Shown here: piece by piece, positions 1-7,763 of the stretch
Numbering within the stretch: the stretch's first letter is position 1
Layout: the number at the start of each line of letters is the position of its first letter
Assembly: GCA_048772705.1 (NCBI GenBank)
Contig: JBLWGC010000097.1
Coordinates: 1-27,124, forward strand
Origin: Leidyana gryllorum EB-2025a
Lineage: Eukaryota; Protista; Apicomplexa
Length of the DNA stretch: 27,124 nt
Direction of reading: 5' to 3'
Made by a program: the position numbers and the translations under genes
The notes under the pieces: generated by a model
Seen by the model: only the letters and a program-made list of their open reading frames with translations
Databases searched by the model: none
Told to the model about the DNA's origin: nothing

Positions 1-87
1 AGACCAAATGGTTCAACCCGCTGGGTACAGTCGAGAGACTCGTATCACTATGTGAAGTATCACTCAATGCCATGAGGTAGGCATAGA

Positions 88-160
88 GGGAGGCTAGCCC
101 AGATGATGAAAAGGTAGCTTAGTATACGAAGGGTTCTGGGATCGATTCCCAGCCCATCCG
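88..160 (+). pseudogene. tRNA-Ala relic
   Basis: GGGAGGCTAGCCCAGATG...CTGGGATCGATTCCCAG resembles the Ala genes in the window; heavily mutated. Confidence 0.55.
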
Positions 161-250
161 AACTACATAGATGGAATTCTCGTCGGAGTAGTCTAGTTGG
201 CCTATCAACGCTCATCAGGTTGAGTAGTAGTTTGGCAATGACCCTCTACT

Positions 251-307
251 TCCGGTGGGACGGAATCGAACCGCCGACTATCTGATGCCAGCACTACAGT
301 CAGATGC
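251..307 (-). pseudogene. 5'-truncated tRNA-Tyr(GTA) with 7-nt intron
   Basis: TCTGA-CTGTAG[TGCTGGC]A-TCAGA anticodon arm plus intact T-arm GGCGGTTCGATTCCGTC; D-arm missing. Confidence 0.8.
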
Positions 308-362
308 AAGTCGATCACTCCCACGGTCGGAATCGGCACCGCCGACTAACTCATAATATTGC

Positions 363-409
363 CACCTTCCGATCTGGAATTGGGCGCGCTACCATTGCGC
401 AATAGACCC
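363..409 (-). pseudogene. tRNA-Trp(CCA) 5' fragment
   Basis: Similar to the 5' two-thirds of Trp at 2708-2779. Confidence 0.6.
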
Positions 410-491
410 AAAATTGTCCACCGACTTCCAGGCTCATTGGTATGTGGGCAGGGATGGATTTTCAACATTCTCAAACCTTCAGGTCATCTTC

Positions 492-563
492 AGGGCACGC
501 CCGGAGTTGGACCACGGACTTGCTGATCTGCAGTCAGCTGCTCTACTACTGAGTTACGTACCC
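492..563 (-). pseudogene. tRNA-Cys(GCA), damaged
   Basis: Cys cloverleaf with A-box and B-box substitutions relative to 5686-5757. Confidence 0.75.
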
Positions 564-659
564 ACGAGGCGCCTCTTATACTCGCTCAACTTGCCCCTGT
601 CTTCTCATTCGCAGCAAAACGGCCGTTATTGTTTACGAGCTCTAACAACAACATGTTAC

Positions 660-730
660 GCATCTGTGGTCTAGTGGTAGAATGTCTCGTTGCCATCGAG
701 ACGACCCGGGTTCGATTCCCGGCAGATGCA
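660..730 (+). tRNA. tRNA-Gly-GCC: tRNA-Gly(GCC)
   Basis: Perfect cloverleaf, TCTCG-TTGCCAT-CGAGA, GGTTCGATTCC. Confidence 0.95.
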
Positions 731-794
731 GAGGACATAGCACATGGTTGAGTTTTATGCGTGAGTTGGTTCTGGACTCTCCGATCACATCGCA

Positions 795-876
795 CGACAA
801 CTGCTGGATTTGAACCAGCGCGGGCCAGGCCCAGTAGATTTCGAGTCTACCCCCTTAACCACTCGGGCAAGTTGCC
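795..876 (-). tRNA. tRNA-Ser-CGA: tRNA-Ser(CGA)
   Basis: 82 nt, long variable arm, GTAGA-CTCGAAA-TCTAC, G73. Confidence 0.95.
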
Positions 877-941
877 AATCGTCGAACTCGGCATTCCGCA
901 GACAGTGGCTTCACATACGGTTCAGCAAGCTTGACTCGGAC

Positions 942-1011
942 TGCTCGCGCTGCCCGAACCCGCGGTCTCTCCATTGAAAGTCTTGCGCGCTACCAACGGA
1001 GCTGGCGCGGC
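942..1011 (-). pseudogene. tRNA-Lys-derived relic
   Basis: Lys 5' half and GCGGGTTCG retained; anticodon 3' strand replaced. Confidence 0.65.
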
Positions 1012-1186
1012 AAGGAAGCTCGCCCTGTACCTGGGGAGGCCCAAGATTCCACGATCAATACAAATGGAATTGGTTACTAAGTCCGAATCTGTATCAGAGA
1101 TCCACTCACTTGATCACGCCGACATTCCATATCCATATTTTCCAAGACGGTACGGCTCTCGGCCGAAGCCCCAACTCAACCACTCG

Positions 1187-1258
1187 TCCACTGTAGTCTA
1201 AGTGGCTAGGGTATGCGGCTTTCACCCGCACATCCGGGTTCAAGTCCCGGCAGTGGAA
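1187..1258 (+). tRNA. tRNA-Glu-TTC: tRNA-Glu(TTC), variant
   Basis: TGCGG-CTTTCAC-CCGCA; 1-nt variable-loop deletion versus 3407. Confidence 0.8.
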
Positions 1259-1333
1259 ATCATTGGACCATTCGAGCAAAGTCTCCAGTAACCTCCGTCA
1301 ACAGTGACTGACTCGTGATCTTTGGCTTGCATT

Positions 1334-1405
1334 GCCTTCTTAGCTTAGGGGCAGAGCATTCGCTTAGTAAGCGAAAGGTCGCCGGTTCGATTCCGGCAGA
1401 AGGCT
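1334..1405 (+). tRNA. tRNA-Thr-AGT: tRNA-Thr(AGT)
   Basis: Perfect cloverleaf, TTCGC-TTAGTAA-GCGAA. Confidence 0.95.
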
Positions 1406-1454
1406 TTGGTCACGACCCAATCGATTCTATAGCTGTTTCCCTCCTGCGCACACT

Positions 1455-1526
1455 TAGCAGTGCGTCGTTTCGATCGACGGACCTTTGGGTTATGAGCCCA
1501 ACATTCTTCCACTGAGCTACACTGCT
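1455..1526 (-). tRNA. tRNA-iMet-CAT: initiator tRNA-Met(CAT), one D-stem change
   Basis: A1:U72, GGG/CCC anticodon stem, GATCGAAAC T-loop. Confidence 0.85.
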
Positions 1527-1652
1527 TAGTCTGCAACATGGAAGAAGGAGCCGGAATGCGACTCTTGAGATGTTAATTGCCCCGAAGTGGCAACGAGGTG
1601 GCTGTGTTACTTCTAAAACTGCTTATCCCATCGGGTCAACCGACAACCAAGA

Positions 1653-1724
1653 GGGCTGTTCTGGGAATTGAACCCAGGACTCCTTCCACCCTAAGGAAGG
1701 ATCATACCACTAGACCAAACAGCC
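1653..1724 (-). tRNA. tRNA-Pro-AGG: tRNA-Pro(AGG)
   Basis: CTTCC-TTAGGGT-GGAAG; intact arms. Confidence 0.93.
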
Positions 1725-1813
1725 GCCTGTCGGTCGTGCAACCCAGTGAGCACAGTCGCGAGAGTGGTCATACTATGTTGAGAATCAACAAAATGCGACG
1801 GGGTCTGCACAGC

Positions 1814-1886
1814 GGGGAACTAGCTCAGATGGTGAAGCGCTCGCTTAGCGTGCGAGAGGTACTGGGATCAATGTCCAGGTCGTCCA
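1814..1886 (+). pseudogene. tRNA-Ala(AGC), damaged
   Basis: CTCGC-TTAGCGT-GCGAG; acceptor and D-arm mismatches. Confidence 0.75.
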
Positions 1887-1991
1887 AACTTTGTAGTGCT
1901 GCAACTGGCGCTATTTGACTACAGAGTTGAGAGCTTTGAGGGTGCCCTGTAGCCCTTAGATGGACTTGGGCACCGCAGTATGTGTGAAGGT

Positions 1992-2061
1992 TGCCTCAGA
2001 GACCGGATCTGCGAGTTTGTATTTTACAACCACACGCTCTGCCGACTAAGGTACAAGAGCC
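1992..2061 (-). pseudogene. tRNA-Asn relic
   Basis: CCACACGCTCTGCCGACT..GTACAAGA matches Asn 8534-8606 and shares its flank. Confidence 0.6.
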
Positions 2062-2163
2062 AGTTCCAATAGCTCAGAGGTTAGTAGAGATACGCGTGTT
2101 GCATGTGTCCGGTTGAGGGCTAGTCCGGATGCTCTACCACCTCTTTTTGTGAAGGAGTGAATG

Positions 2164-2235
2164 GGCTGCGTGGTGTAGTGCTTAGCACTGGAGACTCTGA
2201 ATCTCCCGATCTGGGTTCGATTCCCGGCGCGACCT
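2164..2235 (+). tRNA. tRNA-Gln-CTG: tRNA-Gln(CTG), variant (possibly inactive)
   Basis: GGAGA-CTCTGAA-TCTCC; D-loop G>C and an acceptor mismatch. Confidence 0.75.
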
Positions 2236-2298
2236 CACAACTAATTCTCACTGCTTTGTGAAACCTCACCACTCCTCTTGATCTGCGGGACCGTCCGT

Positions 2299-2371
2299 GC
2301 AGCCATGGTCTAGTGGTCACGACGTCTGGTTAGCACGCAGAAGGTCCCGAGTTCGATCCTCGGTGGCTGTA
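2299..2371 (+). pseudogene. tRNA-Val body with AGC anticodon and stem mismatch
   Basis: TCTGG-TTAGCAC-GCAGA versus AAC in the inverted partner 10777-10849. Confidence 0.75.
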
Positions 2372-2426
2372 GCTCGCAACTTTCAGCGGGCACCAAAAAA
2401 GACAATCTTAAGCGAGATCAACTGTG

Positions 2427-2498
2427 CTCCGAGACCGGGAATCGAACCCGGGTCTTCCGCGTGACAGGCGGAAATACTAATCACTATACTATCTCGGA
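2427..2498 (-). tRNA. tRNA-Asp-GTC: tRNA-Asp(GTC)
   Basis: TCCGC-CTGTCAC-GCGGA; one D-loop change. Confidence 0.85.
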
Positions 2499-2591
2499 CG
2501 CTCCGAACACACCGGCCTGAAACCCCAAAGTCCTTCCATCTTGAGATTCCAGGGATAGAAAACGCGTGGAGCGGCGAGCCAACAACATCCC

Positions 2592-2671
2592 GGCAAGATG
2601 ACCGGGTGGTCTGAGGCGCTGTGCTCAGACCGGAGTCCGAAAGGTCGTGGGTTCGAATCCCACTTTTGTCA
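2592..2671 (+). pseudogene. tRNA-Leu(CAG), damaged
   Basis: Multiple substitutions versus 5315-5394. Confidence 0.75.
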
Positions 2672-2707
2672 GGTTGCGTCCCAAACGGGAAAAACATAAA
2701 GTCCGGT

Positions 2708-2779
2708 TGAGCCCAGAGTGATTCGAACACCCAACCTTCTGATCTGGAGTCAGACGCGCTACCGTTGCGCCATAGGCCC
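2708..2779 (-). tRNA. tRNA-Trp-CCA: tRNA-Trp(CCA)
   Basis: TCTGA-CTCCAGA-TCAGA; T5 run about 14 nt downstream. Confidence 0.85.
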
Positions 2780-2804
2780 AAAACCATCCCCCGTTCCAGA
2801 CTCA

Positions 2805-2871
2805 TTTACCGGCAATCGGGCCTGCTTCTTAGGCGTGACATGCAAAATAGTAACCACTATGCTATCTCGGA
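2805..2871 (-). pseudogene. tRNA-Asp relic
   Basis: TAACCACTATGCTATCTCGGA plus Asp upstream flank. Confidence 0.65.
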
Positions 2872-2946
2872 CGCTCTGAACACGCCACGGACATTCGTTC
2901 AGAAAACGGCCGTTACCGTGTACGAGCTTCAACAACAAGGTGTCAC

Positions 2947-3017
2947 GCATCTGTGGTCTAGTGGTAGAATGTCTCGTTGCCATCGAGACGACCCGGGTTC
3001 GATTCCCGGCAGATGCA
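2947..3017 (+). tRNA. tRNA-Gly-GCC: tRNA-Gly(GCC)
   Basis: Identical to 660-730. Confidence 0.95.
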
Positions 3018-3092
3018 GAGGACACATGGTTGCTTTTCCACCATTCAGAAATTCATGCGTGAGTTGGTGTTTAACCCTCCAACCACATCGCA

Positions 3093-3174
3093 CGACAACT
3101 GCTGGATTTGAACCAGCGCGGGCCAGGCCCAGTAGATTTCTAGTCTACCCCCTTAACCACTCGGGCAAGTTGCC
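3093..3174 (-). tRNA. tRNA-Ser-AGA: tRNA-Ser(AGA)
   Basis: Same body as 795-876, anticodon AGA. Confidence 0.95.
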
Positions 3175-3239
3175 ACCTGTCCAACTCGGCATTTTGCGGC
3201 CAGTGCCGTCACATACGGTTCGACAAGCTTTACTATGAC

Positions 3240-3309
3240 TGCTCGCGCCGCCCGAACCCGCGGTTCTCCCTTCAAAAGTCTTGCGCTCTACCGACGGAGT
3301 TGGGGCGGC
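3240..3309 (-). pseudogene. tRNA-Lys-derived relic
   Basis: As 942-1011. Confidence 0.65.
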
Positions 3310-3406
3310 AAGAAGCTCGGACTTGGTAACAAATTCCAGTCGTATTGATGGTGGAATCTTTCCGAGACGGTTCGGCTCTCGGCCGAAGCCTAAACTCGAG
3401 CAGTTG

Positions 3407-3479
3407 TCCACTGTAGTCTAAGTGGCTAGGATATGCGGCTTTCACCCGCACGATCCGGGTTCAAGTCCCGGCAGTGGAA
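3407..3479 (+). tRNA. tRNA-Glu-TTC: tRNA-Glu(TTC)
   Basis: Intact cloverleaf. Confidence 0.95.
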
Positions 3480-3547
3480 GCTACTCGAGCAAAGTGCCTC
3501 AGTAATCCCCGTCAATAGTGACTGATTCTTGATCTTCGGCCTGGATT

Positions 3548-3619
3548 GCCTTCTTAGCTTAGGGGCAGAGCATTCGCTTAGTAAGCGAAAGGTCGCCGGT
3601 TCGATTCCGGCAGAAGGCT
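3548..3619 (+). tRNA. tRNA-Thr-AGT: tRNA-Thr(AGT)
   Basis: Identical to 1334-1405. Confidence 0.95.
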
Positions 3620-3708
3620 CGACTGCATCGACTAGGCACCTGCAAGCGGTAAGTCGCTTAGCCACGAAGCCGCAGGTTTGGAACCTGCCGGTACCTGAGG
3701 CACCCACA

Positions 3709-3780
3709 GGCTGTTTGGTCTAGTGGTATGATTCTTCCTTCGGGTGGAAGAAGTCCTGGGTTCGACTCCCAGAACAGCCC
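3709..3780 (+). tRNA. tRNA-Pro-CGG: tRNA-Pro(CGG)
   Basis: CTTCC-TTCGGGT-GGAAG. Confidence 0.95.
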
Positions 3781-3894
3781 GTCTGATAGTCGTTGACGCA
3801 ACAAGGCACTCGGCCCATCCCGAGACAATGTCCCTGACAGCTAAGACAGGATCTGAGTTGTTGACTCAACAGGCTACAACCCGACCATTCGCCC

Positions 3895-3967
3895 AGACGC
3901 TACTGGGACTCGAACCCAAAATCCCCGGTTCCGTAGACCGATGCCATATCCATTAGGCCATAGCGCC
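3895..3967 (-). tRNA. tRNA-Arg-ACG: tRNA-Arg(ACG)
   Basis: TCGGT-CTACGGA-ACCGG. Confidence 0.9.
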
Positions 3968-4089
3968 GACTAACGGAGCCGTCAAATGGAAGTGTGTAGC
4001 GATCGAGAGAGGACATGGGCAGCTACGCCCGATCGTGGGTTTGGACAGGCTTAACCTACATCTCCCATTCGAGACATCGGTGGACATAC

Positions 4090-4161
4090 TATCCAAGCCA
4101 GCATTCGGGCCTGGGTATGCACGGCCACAACTTGCTGTTGTAAGCACCAGACGACCCGGAC
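4090..4161 (-). pseudogene. tRNA-His(GTG) relic
   Basis: TGCACGGCCACAAC core matches His 14769-14840; boxes destroyed. Confidence 0.7.
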
Positions 4162-4237
4162 GATCTTCAAGTGAGGCTGGTGGGTACCAAAGCCACTTAA
4201 GATGTCGGGCTATCGGGTTTTTTGTCCTTGCATTCCT

Positions 4238-4310
4238 GCCGCCCTAGCTCAGTCGGTAGAGCGCAAGACTCTTAATCTTGCAGTCGCGGGTTCGAGCCCC
4301 GCGGGCGGTG
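4238..4310 (+). tRNA. tRNA-Lys-CTT: tRNA-Lys(CTT)
   Basis: CAAGA-CTCTTAA-TCTTG; intact. Confidence 0.95.
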
Positions 4311-4370
4311 TGCATCTGTTTCCCTGGGAGTAAGAATGGAACTGTTGCCTACAAGCACACTCAGCTGGAT

Positions 4371-4443
4371 TTCCACTGCCGGGACGTGAACCCGGATCGT
4401 GCGGGTCAGAGCCGCATATCCTAGCCAAGTAGACTACAGTGGA
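4371..4443 (-). pseudogene. tRNA-Glu body with CTG anticodon
   Basis: TGCGG-CTCTGAC-CCGCA; D-loop and T-loop changes. Confidence 0.75.
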
Positions 4444-4529
4444 CGAGTCACAACAGTTGCACTGACGAATGAGGCGCCAGAGAACTGTGAGTCGGTCTCA
4501 GATTGGAAGTTCACCTAGGTTTGGCGGGT

Positions 4530-4590
4530 GGGCGGCTATCTCAAGTGGTAGAGCGGTGACTTGGCAGGCGAGAGGTCAGTTTAGACACCT
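4530..4590 (+). pseudogene. tRNA-Ala relic
   Basis: GGGCGGCTATCTCAAGTGGTAGAGCG...GCGAGAGGT; T-arm lost. Confidence 0.6.
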
Positions 4591-4655
4591 ATCAATGCCG
4601 CAGGACAGGCTGGGGGCATTTGGTCACTCCTCGCGGCATGCCGAATTCGACCCTT

Positions 4656-4737
4656 GGCAACTTGCCCGAGTGGTTAAGGGGGTAGACTCGAAATCTACTG
4701 GGTCTGGCCCGCGCTGGTTCGAATCCAGCAGCTGTCG
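4656..4737 (+). tRNA. tRNA-Ser-CGA: tRNA-Ser(CGA)
   Basis: Ser body, one acceptor mismatch. Confidence 0.85.
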
Positions 4738-4819
4738 TTCGATGTGATTGGAGGGGCAGACAACAACTCAAGCCTGAAACCCCAGAATGGTGCCTGAATC
4801 AACCATCTGCCATCTTCTC

Positions 4820-4889
4820 TGCATCTGTGGGAATCGAACCTGGGTCGTCTAGGCGGCAACGACACAGTCTACCACTAAACCACAAATGC
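4820..4889 (-). pseudogene. tRNA-Gly(GCC), damaged
   Basis: Many substitutions versus 660-730. Confidence 0.75.
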
Positions 4890-5029
4890 GTGACACCTCC
4901 ATTCCTGAATACAGAACGAAGGGTCTTAACTACTCCAGCCTGTCCAACTTAGGCCGGTACATATGAACCAGGCTCATCGGATACGCGTTTCCAGAGACAC
5001 ACGCCCCTTCGGCAGTCCGGAAGCTCCGT

Positions 5030-5099
5030 GCAGCCATCTAGCGGTCACGACGTCTGCTTAAAACGCAGAAGGTCTGGAGTTCAATCCTCGGTGGCTGTA
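5030..5099 (+). pseudogene. tRNA-Val, damaged
   Basis: 3-nt A-box deletion, anticodon AAA. Confidence 0.75.
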
Positions 5100-5151
5100 A
5101 CACACATCGTTCAGGCAAGCATCACGGAATCTAGAGCGGAAGACGATCTAT

Positions 5152-5223
5152 CTCCGAGACCGGGAATCGAACCCGGGTCTTCCGCGTGACAGGCGGAAAT
5201 ACTAACCACTATACTATCTCGGA
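5152..5223 (-). tRNA. tRNA-Asp-GTC: tRNA-Asp(GTC)
   Basis: Perfect cloverleaf, G73. Confidence 0.95.
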
Positions 5224-5314
5224 CGCTCTGAACACGCCGGCCTCCAATCCCAGAAGTCTTTCTATTTCGGCTCACGGACAAAAAACGCGTGGAGCGACGA
5301 ACCAACAAGACTGC

Positions 5315-5394
5315 GGCAAGATGGCCGAGTGGTCTAAGGCGCTGTGTTCAGGCCGCAGTCCGAAAGGGCGTGGGTTCGAATCCCACTCTTGTCA
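5315..5394 (+). tRNA. tRNA-Leu-CAG: tRNA-Leu(CAG)
   Basis: CTGTG-TTCAGGC-CGCAG, variable arm CCGAAAGG. Confidence 0.93.
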
Positions 5395-5464
5395 GCCGTT
5401 GTATTGTATTGGTAGGTAGTCCCCTCTCTTCACTGATAGACAGGTCGTTCGAGCTACATACGGC

Positions 5465-5535
5465 TGCACCTGCCGGGACTCGAACCCGGGTTACGACCTT
5501 GGAAGGGTCGCATCTTACCCTTAGACCACAAGTGC
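5465..5535 (-). tRNA. tRNA-Gly-TCC: tRNA-Gly(TCC)
   Basis: CGACC-CTTCCAA-GGTCG; intact. Confidence 0.93.
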
Positions 5536-5685
5536 GATTGCGAAAGAGTTGCAGCACCCCGAGACACTCGGGCGATTTCTGCGCGCCACCGTCCGCCATA
5601 CACCCAAAATTGTCCACCGACTTCAAACTCATTGGCATGTGGTCAGGGATGGATTTCCAACATCTTCAACCTTCAGGTCATCTTC

Positions 5686-5757
5686 AGGGCACGCGCGGAG
5701 TTGAACCACGGACTTGCTGATCTGCAGTCAGCTGCTCTACCACTGAGCTACGTACCC
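5686..5757 (-). tRNA. tRNA-Cys-GCA: tRNA-Cys(GCA)
   Basis: GCTGA-CTGCAGA-TCAGC, U73. Confidence 0.93.
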
Positions 5758-5852
5758 ACAAACTACCCGGCATACTCGCTCAACTCGATTCTGTCTTCTC
5801 TTCTAAGCAAAACGGCCGGTATTGTGCACGAGCTTAAACAACAACGGGTTGT

Positions 5853-5923
5853 GCATCTGTGGTCTTGTGGTAGAATGTGTCGTTGCCAGCGAGACGACCC
5901 AGGTTCGATTCCCGACAGACGCA
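5853..5923 (+). pseudogene. tRNA-Gly(GCC), damaged
   Basis: Mismatches in several stems. Confidence 0.75.
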
Positions 5924-6067
5924 GGAGGCACGCCTCAAACCGCCGTGGCAAATTAGCAGAGACGCTGACAAGCTTGGTCGGCACGAGGCCGGGGCATTCT
6001 GACACTTGATGTAACAACCCCCTGAGATAGAATCGAATGTGAGTTACGCGGTGGAACGGCGGTGATC

Positions 6068-6140
6068 GCTCCCTAGCTCAGCTGGTTAGAGCATCGGCCT
6101 TATGTGCCGAAGGTCGAGGGTTCGATCCCCCCGGGGAGCA
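6068..6140 (+). tRNA. tRNA-Ile-TAT: tRNA-Ile(TAT), intronless; acceptor 5' strand appears 1 nt short
   Basis: TCGGC-CTTATGT-GCCGA; single copy in the window. Confidence 0.75.
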
Positions 6141-6232
6141 AATCAACCCAATGACAGCCGAACGCGACCGCCGAGTACTCCAGCATTTGACACCTGTATG
6201 ATTTTTCCTCGCTTAAAAGAACATTGCAACTG

Positions 6233-6286
6233 GGTCTTGTAGCTCAGTCGGCAGAGTCTACCCCCTAACCACTCGGGCAAGTTGCC
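6233..6286. pseudogene. Fusion of tRNA-Asn 5' part (+) and tRNA-Ser 5' part (-)
   Basis: GGTCTTGTAGCTCAGTCGGCA-GAG-TCTACCCCCTAACCACTCGGGCAAGTTGCC. Confidence 0.85.
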
Positions 6287-6351
6287 ACCTGTCCAACTGG
6301 GCATCTTGCGCCCAGTGCCGTCACATACGGTTCAGCAAGCTCGACTCGGAC

Positions 6352-6420
6352 TTCTCGCGCTGCCCGAACCTGCGGTCTCCCATCAAAAGTCTTGCGCTCT
6401 ATCGACGCAATTGGGGCGGC
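6352..6420 (-). pseudogene. tRNA-Lys-derived relic
   Basis: As 942-1011. Confidence 0.6.
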
Positions 6421-6520
6421 GACGAAGCTCGGACTTAGTAACAAATTCCATTCGTATTGATCGTTGAATCTCGGGCCTTCCTCTGGTACAGGGCGAAGCT
6501 GTATCAGAGATGCACTCACT

Positions 6521-6594
6521 TGGTCACGCACGGGCTCTAACCGCGGACTCAGAACTCATTAGGCTCACGCTCTGGCCGCCTGAAATACGCGACC
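6521..6594 (-). pseudogene. tRNA-Ile(AAT) relic
   Basis: Similar to 26095-26168. Confidence 0.65.
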
Positions 6595-6839
6595 GCTTCA
6601 GAGTTGAGGTGAACAGTCACTAGCCAAAGGAGCCGACTGATGTGTTCAGCAAAACCCCATGACTGGAATTGAAGCGGCCGCTCAGACCTTCGTCCACCCC
6701 GCCAAACAGTCATTCCAGAGCCAAATACTGACATCGAGAAGGGGGTGTACCTACACCACTAACAGTCCCGCACGGGAATCCCGACCGAAGGTGCGCTGGT
6801 CCGGATGGCTGTACCGACTCTTTTAGGATGGGCTGAATC

Positions 6840-6911
6840 GGTTGCGTGGTGTAGTGGTTAGCACTGGAGACTTTGAATCTCCCGACCTGGGTTCGATTCC
6901 CGGCGCGACCT
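6840..6911 (+). tRNA. tRNA-Gln-TTG: tRNA-Gln(TTG)
   Basis: GGAGA-CTTTGAA-TCTCC; intact. Confidence 0.93.
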
Positions 6912-6973
6912 TGGACCTGGTCCTCACTACTTCGTGAAACTTCGCTATCCCTTGGGCTGCGGGGACCATCCGT

Positions 6974-7046
6974 GCAGCCATGGTCTAGCGGTTACGACGT
7001 CTGCTTCACACGCAGAAGGTCCCGAGTTCGATCCTCGGTGGCTGTA
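6974..7046 (+). tRNA. tRNA-Val-CAC: tRNA-Val(CAC)
   Basis: TCTGC-TTCACAC-GCAGA. Confidence 0.92.
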
Positions 7047-7081
7047 GCTTGCAACTTTCAGCGGCAACCAAAGGAGACAAT

Positions 7082-7153
7082 CTCCGAAACCGGGCATCGA
7101 ACCCGGATCTTCCGCGTGACAGGCAGAAGTCCTGACCACTACTTCATCTCGGA
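7082..7153 (-). pseudogene. tRNA-Asp(GTC), damaged
   Basis: D-arm and B-box substitutions. Confidence 0.75.
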
Positions 7154-7247
7154 CGCTCGTCAACGCGCCGGACTTCAACGGCGAAAGTCTTCATTCTCGA
7201 AACTTCACGGACAGAAAACGTGTAAAGTGGCGAGCCAAGAACACTGC

Positions 7248-7327
7248 GGCTAGATGGCCGAGTGGTCTAGGGCGCTGTGTTAAAGCCGCAGTCCGAAAGG
7301 CCGTTGGTTCGAATCCCCCGCTTGTCA
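7248..7327 (+). pseudogene. tRNA-Leu, damaged (anticodon AAA)
   Basis: Leu body with multiple stem mismatches. Confidence 0.75.
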
Positions 7328-7396
7328 ACCGTTGTATTGTATTGGCACTCGGTCCCCTCACTTCACTGATAAACAGTCGTTCGAGCTACATACGGC

Positions 7397-7467
7397 TGGA
7401 CCTGCCGGGACTCGAACCCGGGTTACGACCTTGGAATGGTCGCATCTTACCCTTAGACCACAAGTGC
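7397..7467 (-). tRNA. tRNA-Gly-TCC: tRNA-Gly(TCC), variant
   Basis: Two changes versus 5465 (acceptor mismatch, position 32). Confidence 0.75.
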
Positions 7468-7690
7468 AATTGCGAAAGATCTGCAGCACCCCGAGAGACT
7501 CGGGCAATTTCTGCCTCCAGCTGTCTGCAACTCACTAAAAAACGGACTATTCGAGGATCGATCGAGCGATTCCACAGACGAAGGAGACTCATACCACTAG
7601 CACTTCAACTCGACATGCCGGGGCAGCGGCTCCTATACGGCTAGCAAGCTTGGCTGGGTCGAAACGGAACGGATTCCGAGTGAGAGGCTG

Positions 7691-7763
7691 TGGTGCGGAT
7701 GGGACTCGAACCCACAACTCCCGGTTCCGAAGACCGATGCACTATCCATCAGGCCACCGCACC
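7691..7763 (-). tRNA. tRNA-Arg-TCG: tRNA-Arg(TCG)
   Basis: TCGGT-CTTCGGA-ACCGG; perfect acceptor and T stems. Confidence 0.88.

Larger units (their letters stand above)
653..2377 (+). repeat. Left arm of ~1.72 kb inverted duplication (partner 10771-12496)
   Basis: Near-identical reverse complement including spacers; duplicated ORF translations in the track agree. Confidence 0.95.

Noticed and set aside
316-360. Possible elongator Met or second Tyr remnant
   Set aside because: Only a short degenerate T-arm-like match; cannot be assigned.
1941-1974. Short hairpin GGTGCCC...GGGCACC (similarly GGCACAC...GTGTGCC at ~9919-9950)
   Set aside because: 7-bp stems are expected by chance, and the first is not preserved in the duplicate at ~11174-11208.
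5465-5535. Reading this gene as Trp(CCA)
   Set aside because: The correct stem register CGACC/GGTCG gives loop CT-TCC-AA, and the acceptor is Gly-type GCA...TGCA.
6595-6839. Long tRNA-free spacer (inverted copy ~23223-23466) as 5S, U6, SRP or SL RNA
   Set aside because: No diagnostic motif recognised by eye; an Rfam cmscan would settle it.
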